Positions 36,446 through 56,832 of a stretch of DNA of 64,000 nucleotides are shown here, piece by piece. Each line of letters opens with the position of its first letter. Positions within the stretch are counted from its first letter, which is position 1. The notes beneath the pieces are model-generated. The model saw only the letters and a list, made by a program, of their open reading frames with translations, had not been told where the DNA came from and made no database searches. Origin of the DNA: Phoronis australis. Its lineage: Eukaryota > Animalia > Phoronida. The stretch lies in assembly GCA_002633005.1 (NCBI GenBank), contig NMRA01000280.1:264080-328079 (forward strand). The letters are read 5' to 3'. Both the position numbers and the translations under genes were made by a program.

Positions 36446-38818
36446 CACACTTATCTATATGTCACGTTATGTGACCAACATGCGGCGTTTAAGATGTCTC
36501 ACAATTCTTTTTTATAATTTATGTATGTTTCCATCAAGCTAACGCGTTTCTTTTCCATACCTGGTATTACAATTTTCAAACCTACACTTTACTGGGTAGT
36601 CATTTGGATATGTGCTCCAAATTTTGCATCTTCATGTGGCAGTAAAAAATAGGCAGTATTTCACATTGGCAAAACAGAAATTTCAAATTGTCCCTTCAGC
36701 TGTGACAAGCTTTTTTCAGAAATAATCATTGGTATTGCCAAATTGCAGTCAGTTGTGTGAAAAATCTGTTTTAGTAGAAATGCTTGCAGTCAGATCACAG
36801 TGGCCATTCTGGAGACAGAGACTCTGGAATATGTATTGTTTAAATTGACCTGATAATACAGACATACGATTGGGAACTTGTTGAAGTTACATATCCAATG
36901 AAGTTGTGGAGGACATACCAGTGAAAAGTTTTGGCTGATACTGGTTTGTACTGTGTAGTTGGAAGCTTTCACTTCTGGACTCACATAATTGAGAACATCG
37001 GTCACTATTTTCATTCAGCTTATTTACAACTCTTGAAATGGTCAGGGTTGGTTCCAGCATGTAGTCATTAAAATGTTCTTCACAATTTCACAACTGTGAT
37101 CACTCTGATGCAATATTTTCAGAGATAATGATATAATAGTCGTTGGGTGTAAATAATGATAATGATAAAAGTCTCGTTTCTGTGAGTTTATCAATGAATT
37201 TAGTAATAAACATCTTTACCAAGTGTAATTTGTGATCTCTCGAGGCAGAATTTTTGCCCTTCAAGTCTTGGCATTGTAGTTGTAACTTGTTGACATGCTC
37301 ACTGAGCAGTATCCAAGTTGGTAGTTAAAGTAAAACTGGTTGAGTCAAGTGAAAATCCGATTTACTGAATGTTCAAGTTATGTTGTATGTTTATACCTAA
37401 CTACGTACTTGTTTGAAGTTGTTTTTAACCTTGGTAAAAAGTTGAAACTGGTTAGTTCCTACTGGTGTAAATTGACTTAAAAACAAAAAGGTCTCACGAC
37501 CTGTGAAACAGGCCCCAGTATACTAAATTCTCTTAGTTGTAATGACTGTGGCGATAAAGTGCTACCAATCTTCCCTGTGTCCATTAACCTTCCTATCAAG
37601 GCTGTGTCCACGCCCCAAGGGGACTTTTATAGGGAAGGTTTACAAGACATGCCAATCAGATGGGTTTCTTTTACACAGCCAAGTTCCCTACGAAAAGGTG
37701 CTTTTTCTGATGAAATTACCTATGAAAGGGTTTGTTTACAGGCATGAATTCTACTCAAGATTCACTTTTGCATCAGAACTCTAGAAAGGTTTCATGTTAA
37801 GTTGAAGTTTGTTGAGTTGACAAGAGATCATTCCAAAAGATTTAATCAGCACAATAAATAAGCTCTTTTGAAGTGTTGAAGCTTCGTAACCGTTGTTTTC
37901 GATTCGGGGGGATGTCAGTCATGTGTCATGTTGGAACACTGTTCTGTCTGTAACTAGTGATGGTCGTAACTAGTGATATAGTTTTTAAAGCACTATAGTT
38001 TATCATGTGTAAATCACAAACAGGGAGTCAAAATTATAGGGGCAAAAACCATCTTGCCTGTTTGCAAGATTCTGTGCTTCTATGGTTGTTAGTGGTCACA
38101 CTTGCTTTACTCGGGCAAAATCTGTTCATCCTAAAGTGGGATAATAATCATGCCACCCATGCGTTCTTGTCAGTCTTCGAGATTTTGGATACACTTATCC
38201 ATTGTAAAGGGGAGTCGGGTGTTACAAGAATGGAAAAGGAAATTCCCTCTGTTCCCCCCGGATCAACACATTTCTGCAGACCTCTTGCCATGTTGCATTC
38301 AATATGTGATGCTTGTCTGCAGGTGCTGATAATGCAAGATATGGCGTTGTCATATTTTCAGTACCGAATTAAGGTTTCAATAGGTCCTAAGCTATAAAAT
38401 CTGGGTACTAACCATTAAAATACACACTAGGGGGTATCATCATTTACCAGCTGCTCCTCCAGTCGTCATGGCAATTGAGGGCCCCTGTTTTGTGTGATCA
38501 TGGACTAGTATTGCTTTGTCAAAATGTTTGTATTTATGGTAGTTAAGTTTACTGTATGAAATTTGGGCAACCGTGTCACTCACAACCAGTGCTGAAGTGG
38601 TAAAATTAGAGGTAAGTAGGCGTCCAAAGTCCACCGTATCACCTTGGGCACGGAACGTAACTTACGGTGTGTAGGTGCTAAGTTCAAATGCCAAAAGGTG
38701 GTTAGCTGCACCTACGCCCCACTACAGCACTGCTCACAACCCAAACAGAAGTCTATACAGCCATGTCCATCAATAACAAAATAAACGAGACACCAGAGTT
38801 CGGTAAAAACTACAATAG

Positions 38819-38961
38819 CAGGGGTGGATCCAGGATTTTTATTTAGGGGAGCCCAGGGCAGAGTATTAGCCCGTCAGACGGTGCACCCCCAAACTGCCAA
38901 ATGGAATCTGGGGCGGGGGGGGGGNNNNNGGCCTCCTTGGCCCCCTCTAAATCCGCCACTG
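38819..38961. mobile_element. Short hAT-like MITE (contains Ns)
   Basis: Imperfect TIR CAGGGGTGGATCCAGG...CTAAATCCGCCACTG; flanks AATAG / AATTG. Confidence 0.6.
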
Positions 38962-41522
38962 AATTGTGTTGCATTTTTTACAAAGATCAGGGCCCAGTCT
39001 CAAATCTTTACTTGAAATGGAACTTGAAATTATGTTTGTCATTTTTTAATCTTTTGTGCAAACTCGTTATTCTATTATTCTATGCTCGAGTACATAATGA
39101 CATACATGGATGATTTATAGTCATAGTTTGCAGTTGATAAATCAAACATTAAAAGCTAAAAGTTCGAGTTTAAACTCGAAATTTCGAGTTTTTACTCTAG
39201 TTTGTACGATTATAAGGGTCTTTAAGTGCAAACTTGGACTAGAAACTGCATAAACTAGAATTATTTGAGCACAGTCTGGTAACCACTTATATCGAGTTCA
39301 CACGAAAAGAGCAGAGAAATTGCCAAAAATAATTTATTTCGAGTTCGTTTCGAGTACTAAGATTAGAGACCAGACCCAGGGCAAGTGGAAAATCGTGAAA
39401 TACAGTATAGAAACTGATGGCTCTATCGTTTCTGTACAGTGTTCTGCGGCAAGCGGCAACTATAAACCTGCCTGGCGTCAAAGAAACCTAGCCACTTGCC
39501 ACTATAAAATTGTTCTCAACCTGTTCCTTGATTCATGGGCAGTGCACCATAGGGGGCTGGGGGGCTACAGCCCCCACTTTTCTCAGTGCTGCGTTGCCCA
39601 TGGTCTATAGGCGGCGCACCACAGGAGGGCTGAGGGGCTTTAGCCCCCCCACTTTTTTCAGTGTTGCTTCGCCCACTTGATTAGATGATAGGTGACTTCT
39701 GGTCTTGCGAAGACCTGACAGTTCGTTTTTGCTTGAGACCGAGTTTTTGAAGACCATGACATGCTCAGCTCCTGAACAGAATTGAATAAGGAAGCCCCCT
39801 ATAGTCAACCTTCCAAGGTTCATCAGCAAAGGATTTAAAAAAAACACCAAGATTGAAACATTTTACTTTTATTTGGCAACTTGTCCTGTAAATAGAGATA
39901 TAACTAAAATAACCAACAGTAAAATATCTAAGAATCTCAATACAAACGTTTGGTGCTAACAATCTATACAAACCTACACACACTGAACATGGTAAAATAA
40001 TTTGAAATAAGAAACACAGACAAGTTCTTATTATCAAATTATCAAAGCAGAGAAAACAGACACTGTCACCATTCAAACTATGGTTTCTTTTATGACAGAT
40101 ATTGCAATGCTAATGTGAAGAGTAACTCGCAAAAACACAACCATTTTTTTAATTCTCCACAACTCATGGAAGGAAACTGTGATTTTCTACCTTCTTCCAC
40201 ATAAATACCAGAAAAGGGCACAACTTGTAGACTCAGAAGTATATTTTACAACAATGCCAATTAAAACGATTTCTTTGAACGCACACTTGTCTAACAAATA
40301 ACGTGTTTTTAAACAAGCTGAATGACAATAAAAATGAGTCCATTTTATTCGGTGATATACTAAATCTAGACAACTGTTCCACTGTTAATCAATAAAGTGC
40401 TATCGTGAGTTCAGCTCAGGTGTTTCGTGCATCAGACCACCTGCACTCTTTTTATTTTTTAACCCTTATACTTAGCCTCAGACATAACCCAAACCACAAA
40501 TTTTCCATGGAAAGAATTATATTCGAAACCTGTGAAGCAATAAGGTTTAAAATGATTGTAATTATTTGGATGCTTAAAGTACAGCAGGTTTGACCTGGAT
40601 AATTTAGACGGCTAAAATGGAGGATTACTGACAGCTAGACCTGCTCTCTCAATCTTGATTTAATGCAGTTCGAGACAGGCGTAAGTGTTGCAAGGGTCTT
40701 AATGACAACTTTCAATGGAGCAAGTGAGTGTACATCAAGAAAAACTATGCATCATCACGAGGTTCTTAACCACGTGTATTAGACGTAGAGAAATTGATAG
40801 CAAATATTTTTTACCCCTTCTTACAAAATCAAATACCAAATTTTTTTATGTACATTCCAAATATTTGCATAGTGACATTTTACACGTATCAATTGATGAC
40901 AACTACCACCATTTACTTGACTAAAACAATATGATGTTCCTAACAATACGGTTAAGGAAAATGAGACTTAATATACCAGACAAAAACATGTCAAAATTTT
41001 GTATTAAACTAAAAAATAGCATTTTACTGGTTATGGTCTTTTTTGAAAATCGATATGATGATGCAGTAATTTTGAAAGAAGAAAAGTCACCTGATGCCAC
41101 GTGATGTCCATCAGGTCCTTTTTCTGCCCGAGTCACCAGATGACAGCTGAACTGGGTAGACACACCTGTTTTTCTTCAAACAGGTTTCAAAACCAGTTGA
41201 TCACAGACCAGAATCTATTATGCTATTTTTGGCCTCACCTTCGTAGCTTTAATGAATTTTCTCTCTCGTCAAAAATACTTCAGCTACCAAGAACAGTCGT
41301 CGTGTCATGACATATTGTCACCACATATTTTTACTACAGCAAGACTCACATAAGTGAGAGTCCCATGACTCAGATCTTCGGTTAACTCCGACAAAGTTAC
41401 TAAGTACGCTTTAGCACTTGTCTAAGGTGGACCTAATTCACGTGGGATATACTGAATTCAAAATTGACTTTCCTGAGCCTGCAAGGGATTCAGAATACCA
41501 AACTCATGAATGTCATCTTAAG

Positions 41523-44500
41523 TCACTTAACTAATAAATGAGCAACCCCAACAGGTAACAGACAGGTCATAAGAAGTAGCCAAGATACGGCTTTTACATT
41601 TCCACTGTCAAACACCCACGGATCAAACTTGAAACACTTATCTGTACCCTTCATGACCTTGAACTTTTGTGATGTGCAAAAGTTTGTCCCCGATTTATAG
41701 TGGTCACCTGAAAAGGAAAGCGTCGTGTGTGAATAACTACTTTCATCACATAGTAAGGCACCGAGGGGGGCATCAGCAGTAATGTATGCCAAAAACTTAT
41801 GTGATTGAAGATAGTACACATTCTGGGATGCACAAAATGAATTGTCATGTCAGTTCAAGTTAATTAATTGAAAATGCCCCCAAATTCAAGAGTTAAGTAA
41901 AGCATAATTCACATCTTTTTGAGTAGCAATGGGTTCCTCAACAAAATGTATCACAGCCGTGAAATTGCGATTACACAGTATAAAAATGGGCCAAATATTT
42001 CCTAGCTTTATGTGACATGGTTAACAGTAGATTGGAAAGAAAGGAAAAAAATCAAATTCTACAGGCCCTCTGGTATCAGAAAATATAAACCTTTACTAAA
42101 GTTAAAATCTACAGTTTTATAGAAAATGGCTAAATACAGACTTCTGGATGAGGTCTCACATTACCCTTCTGTAAGCAATACTGATATGAAAGAGGCAATT
42201 AGACAGACAAGCAGAGAAAGAGAGAGAGAGCTTCAACAGAGTGCAGTATCAGCTCAATATCAAACATTACGTTATCACACTTGCTTTCATCACAAACTCT
42301 TACCCAGCTGTTTTCCTTTATAAGATGCCGTTTTGCATTCCTCATATATGCTGTTGCAAAACTCTTCACAAATTGCAGCTCTTCTGAAAAACAAAATCAT
42401 CAGTGTGAATTGAATTAGCTTAAAATCCGGCGATGGATTAACCAGAAGAACTAATAGTGAATGCATTATAAATAAGCACAGAAATAATAGTAAGAACACT
42501 TGATTATCGCTATACTTCAAAACCACTTGCCGTCAAGATTTGCATTTGTTTCACTATGAAACACATATCAAGTTGGAAAATTTATGTAACAACAGCACTC
42601 AGTGGGCACATACTTAGTTTTTCACAAGGTTTCAATAAAACACAATCTAGTAAGTGTCATTTACTAGCACCACACGCCCACTTTTGCAACTAATAAAACC
42701 AAGCTTGTTGTGGCATGCAAATGTGCCAGTTGAACGAACTGTTAGTGGCAAAGTGACATGTATAAGAAAATAGAGTGATTGATAACTTTGCTGAGGCAAA
42801 AGTGTATTAATATAAAATATGGTAAAAATTCTCCAGTTTGGTACCAGCATACTAACAGGGCTGGCGTCCCTATCAAATAGGGGTGATGTTAATGACAACC
42901 TTGAAATTGGAGCTCTGTTTAGAAGATGTGATGTTTGTGTACAGTTAATTATCCCTGTGGATTGGTTAATGATTAATCAAGCAATGAGAAATTCAACACT
43001 TACACAAAAGTCTTAAATGCCCATGCATGGCCGACTCATTACTTACGTGTCGTACCAGATGTGTTGCTCTGGACTACAGAAGTAACACATGAGGTAATTC
43101 ATCTGGTTCTGGCATGCTTTGGACGCCCCAAACAGCTTATACATCCCTGAGAAGACAGATGTCACCTCTGTACGTTTACAGCAGGCATTGGAAGCAAACC
43201 AAGAACAATTGACAAGACTACTCTCAGGCGCAGACCGTCGGCTTCCTATAAGAGTAAACACAAATCACAATGCATTGTAACAAAGGGGCCGTGCTCCTGC
43301 TTATTGCAAGAAGTTTTCGCATCCATCACTCATTTCATCTCCACTGATGTCGTCAGCAATTTTGCATTTGCTCCCCCCTGTTGCGAACTTCTGGCTACGT
43401 CCATGGAAAAACAAAAAGTGCCACAGCGTGATTGAATGGCGTGCTGTTGCAACCGCCACAAACCCCATGCCTCACAATAACAAAATTTTCTTTTCAAAAA
43501 TATAAAGCAACTTCTCCACAACCACACACAGAAAATGGAAAGTAGTGTTGGTTAATTGTTAATGCTGTATTACATCCTCACTAGAGATGGTCACTGTCAA
43601 TAACAAACCAGTAGCTAATTATCTTAGATTATCTTTGCTTACACGGTCACAATGTAGTCTAACTACTTGTAACTTACTGGCCATTTTACACTGCTTGCGC
43701 TACGGAATATTACGTCATATCTTCAGACCAAAGCAGTGTAAAAATAGTAGTTGCTGATTTGGGCAACTGATGAAGAACTGCTAGAAAAAAAGTTTGATTA
43801 CAGGAATATTTCTTCCAGATGGAAGGAATTAAAGATATCGCAAAAATTTAGGAAATGGCGCGTGACATTTCATGAGCATACCGTTTTCAAAACGACGACA
43901 TACTTTTCCTAATTGTAACAAAAGGCGGAGAATTACCCAAGAAAATGACGTTTATAAGATTGTTTTACACTTAAACAGCTGTAACGGGCAAGATGAGTGT
44001 CAGTTGACTCCCAAATTTTGCATGCCCCCCCCCCACCGGTCTTTAGCCCTCCAAGTTGATACACGTTTCACGGCAAGGTGATGTGCAGAAGTACCTAGGC
44101 TGTGTGTAATCTCAAGGTCTGTCTGTGCTGAACATACAGTGGTACCAAGCTGTATTTTGACGATAGTCTTCATACAACTAGCTGGCTCGCTAGACCAAAT
44201 GGAACCCTGCCCGCAAGACTGAAGCCTGACTGTTAGTAGTTAACAAGTCCAAAGTGTAATATCCAGGTAGAAAATTCTTTCCAATGGCAATGATCTGCAC
44301 ATGTTTCAAGTCATCAATGTTGTGTACTTAATTATTACAAAGTGATGTTCCAATGCATTTTGACAACATGACAGTTTCATAAAAAAGACAGATGATGATT
44401 CAGGACGTTTCTACACTTCCTGGGAAAATGTGCACCTGGGACAGACTGCTTGCAGCAGTGGCTCACTCAGACAAAAAGGTCTCAAATTCTGTGTTCTGAG

Positions 44501-44657
44501 CCCAAGATCATGTTTATTGTAAAATTTCTGCAAAAATACACTCACCAAAGAAAGTGCATGTCTGTCCTGTCTTCTGGTTAACTTCAGCAGAAGTAACCGT
44601 AATGCAGAGAATTGAGGATAAAAATACGAATACAAATAAAACGTAACAGGACGACAT
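41523..44657 (-). CDS. Secreted Cys-rich folate-receptor-family (FOLR/Juno/riboflavin-binding-like) protein, probably GPI-anchored, about 191 aa
   Basis: Four GT-AG exons (44546-44657, 43047-43245, 42304-42383, 41523-41707) give 576 nt in frame. The product has a hydrophobic signal peptide (MSSCYVLFVFVFLSSILCITVTSA), a 12-Cys core (CTFFGSRRSAPESSLVNCSWFASNACC..CQNQMNYLMCYFCSP..W..AICEEFCNSIYEECK..FC..CF) and a hydrophobic C-terminus (AVSWLLLMTCLLPVGVAHLLVK*). The family call rests on Cys spacing recognised by eye. Confidence 0.8.
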
Positions 44658-44892
44658 TTTGAAGCAGAAGTGACAGTCTGAGGTCGAACGTGATACACCC
44701 CAGTTTAATTTCAAATTAATTATATGTTAAAGCATAAAATCTTCAAAATAAATTAGGTTTACCTAAAAATGGCTAACACTTTTTTAATTGTTTTCTAAAT
44801 ATAGTTCGAATGTATTTGTACGAGAATTTGATATAAAACCCATAGATACAGATTGGTATTCAAAAGTTGTCAGGGTACGTCAATATTAAAAA
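44658..44892. promoter_or_regulatory. Putative bidirectional promoter, FOLR-like gene / ALG3
   Basis: Divergent start codons 235 bp apart. A YY1-like AAAATGGCG overlaps the ALG3 ATG and CAAAATGTCG overlaps the opposite ATG. Confidence 0.65.
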
Positions 44893-53977
<9,085 letters not shown>

Positions 53978-55386
53978 CAACCATTCATTGTACGAGATGT
54001 TTCATTCTCACTTTCTGGAGAGTTCAGTATATCAACCCAGCTGAATATACACCAAGTGCAAGAGGACAAGACAAAACTCTCCAAAAGTTTTGCCATGGGC
54101 TCATTGTTGGGGAAAATGTGCATGCCTTTATTTTTTCATTTTCACAAGAGATGATGACTATGCAGCATTGGGTGTATATTTGGATTTGACTTTTGGTACG
54201 GAGTATGTCATCTCTTCAGAGCTATTATTAAGCAATCTTTAGTAGTGGCAGTCTCTTTACCATTATTCACTGAATGGAATTTTATCTTGCAAATTCTATT
54301 TTGAAAATGTTTTATCTGCTTGTTGATTCAGTGTCACTACTTGCGGAGTACCATGAAAACTGTTGGTGGTGGTGGGGTATTTATTTAATGAGGGCTCCGC
54401 TTTGTTGACAATGTGATGAGTTTTCAGGGGCAGTCATTTGTTGTTGTCTACGTTTTAGGAACAGCGCTTAGGTTTAAATAGCTTTTTTATCGTTTTCTCT
54501 TAAAACACCTTCTGAACTGATTTGAAATTTTGAAACTAACTTACTTTAATAACTGAAAACGATATGGATTTGTACAATTTTTTCCAAGAGATTTCCAAAT
54601 ACACATGAAATCTAGCATTTAATTTGTACCATGTTTACCATAATGAGAAAGTATTCTCTTCCTGTGTATGAAAAACTGCTTTCCCATTCGGGGAAGTTCA
54701 ATTAACCAAAGCTTTGGTGAAACTTCGCTTACCTTTCCGACTATCACCATGACAACTGACGACGCAGTTCATTCGTACTCTCAAAGGAACATGGAGTAGT
54801 GGGTTCAAGGATTATTGAAAATTGTGCTACTGCTCTTTACGAGTGTTTATGAAAATGATCAGTGTCATTCATCAGAAATGCTCTTTTGTTTGTTTACGTC
54901 CGTCTATTGAGAGCATGTTGGCTACGCTACCATAACAAAGAATGCTTTTAAATCCTACGATTTTAAGCGCACTTTTGCCTGTAGACTAACTAAAGACTGA
55001 AGTTAACCTTTCCCGTTTACCGTAACTTTAGTAAAAGTGAATTTTCACCTCTAATGGGAAAGCGACTAAAGTTATGGGACGGCAAAGATTAATTTGTTAG
55101 TTTTCGGCCATGCAACACCCAAGATCATGTTGGGGTAGCTCCATTTAGTGTTTGCTTTCAGTGCATAAATCATAATGTCCTCGGTGAATTCCATCTTTAC
55201 AATGGTCCAGGATTTTCAGATCTGGGAACTTCTCATTTTTAAGGAAACTATTTGAGACCAATTTAGAATTACAATTGTTGGTAATGGGTGATTTGTGGCT
55301 CTACACGACTGTTTATAGGGAATTTCCACCAACGTTTACCAAGACAACTTTATCTGTAAATGAAAATAGAACTTCTTGTTCGCGAA

Positions 55387-55458
55387 AATAAAAACACTGT
55401 TATGTACCAAAAATTTTTATTCATTGAATCACTATCACTTCTTCAAAAAGCATTTATT
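55387..55458. terminator. Candidate convergent polyadenylation signals of ALG3 (+) and GART (-)
   Basis: AATAAA on + at 55387-55392; AATAAA on - at 55416-55421 and 55453-55458. The + strand changes from T-rich to A-rich here. A more proximal minus-strand AATAAA lies at 56658-56663. Confidence 0.5.
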
Positions 55459-56832
55459 CATGAAAATATAGCTATAAAAACAATGCCAAAAAAAACAACA
55501 AAGAAATTGTAAAACTTTCCAGCTGAGATTATTTGACAACCAGATCATTACTTCCTTTCCAACTCTACCACTACTTTCATTATAAGACACCAGCAGCAGC
55601 AGTATCAGGCACCCAAAATACTTCTTCCCATTGTAGAAACCCAATTATATTCATATCACTTGCCTTAGTCCTGTAGGAGGCAGCACTATCAGTTGTTACA
55701 GTAAATCAAGCTGTAAAAAAGCTCATCCTGCTGCATTGTCATATTTAATTTGAGCCTTGAACAAAGTACGAAGAAGATCGTATAAGTACTTCTTTGCAAT
55801 AACACCTACATTTGTAATGGAATCAAAATCAAAAAATACATGCATTACAAATACTAAGTTCACACAGCCACACTCCATTACCAGAACTTCAGACTCTGAA
55901 GCAAGAACACGAAATAATGTAGCTGGACACAAATGCACGTTCATCATAATTTCAGCTCTGTACTCAATGACTACTGTTGTTTATGTATAACAATATGATC
56001 AATGCTTTTAGTTCTCATTTATAGTTAAAAAAGTGTACTCCCACTTTCACCACTCTTGGCCCTCTTCACAAATTTTGCCCAGCCCATTTCCACAAACAAT
56101 GGAAGTTTCAAATATATGCGCTTTGATCAGACAAATTACTGATGATAAACCAGAACATTTTGTTTTATGACTAGAGTGCAAAATTCATCCTGCATGACCA
56201 CAATGGAAACCCACACAGCGATCAGAGTATAGTCAACACTAGACAGACTATATGCACTCTGAATAATTTACCTCAGTTTGCATGCCTTACAGACTAGACC
56301 ATTAAATGACCGACTAGACCAACTCTTTTAAAGTAGTATGTAATTAAACGCAGCATTTAATGCATGGAAATCAAAGTGAATGTTACTCAATGCCATACAA
56401 TGAGTATCTAAATAGAGTACAGCCAAAATGTATAAAAGAAACAGCGTCATTAGATGAAATGTGTCCAACTAGTGCAAAGGATAACATAACCCTGGAATAA
56501 TTTCTTATCAAAAAAGAAGTTTCAAAAAATAAAGACGTTGCACGTCAAGTACATCTGAGACAGCACTTATAACATAGACACTAAGGACAAAATATAACAA
56601 CTTCATCTAGTGTGCAGTCATTGAACTACTTCATGTTGCTTTAGACCTCAATGCCAATTTATTGACTTCATTGCTCTGTATCTGAGGCAAGCATGATTGA
56701 TATCAATGTTAAAGTGGTAATTGGTCAAATTCATTTGACATCAAAAATCACGGAGGACTGGTATATTGGAAAAAAACGTCTGTCTGGGCAGATATGTGAC
56801 TTGGTTCAACACATTCGAGTTTGACTGTCAAA

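Noticed and set aside
38005-38397. 130-aa intergenic ORF
   Set aside because: No recognisable domain and no convincing exon structure; could be decayed transposon sequence.
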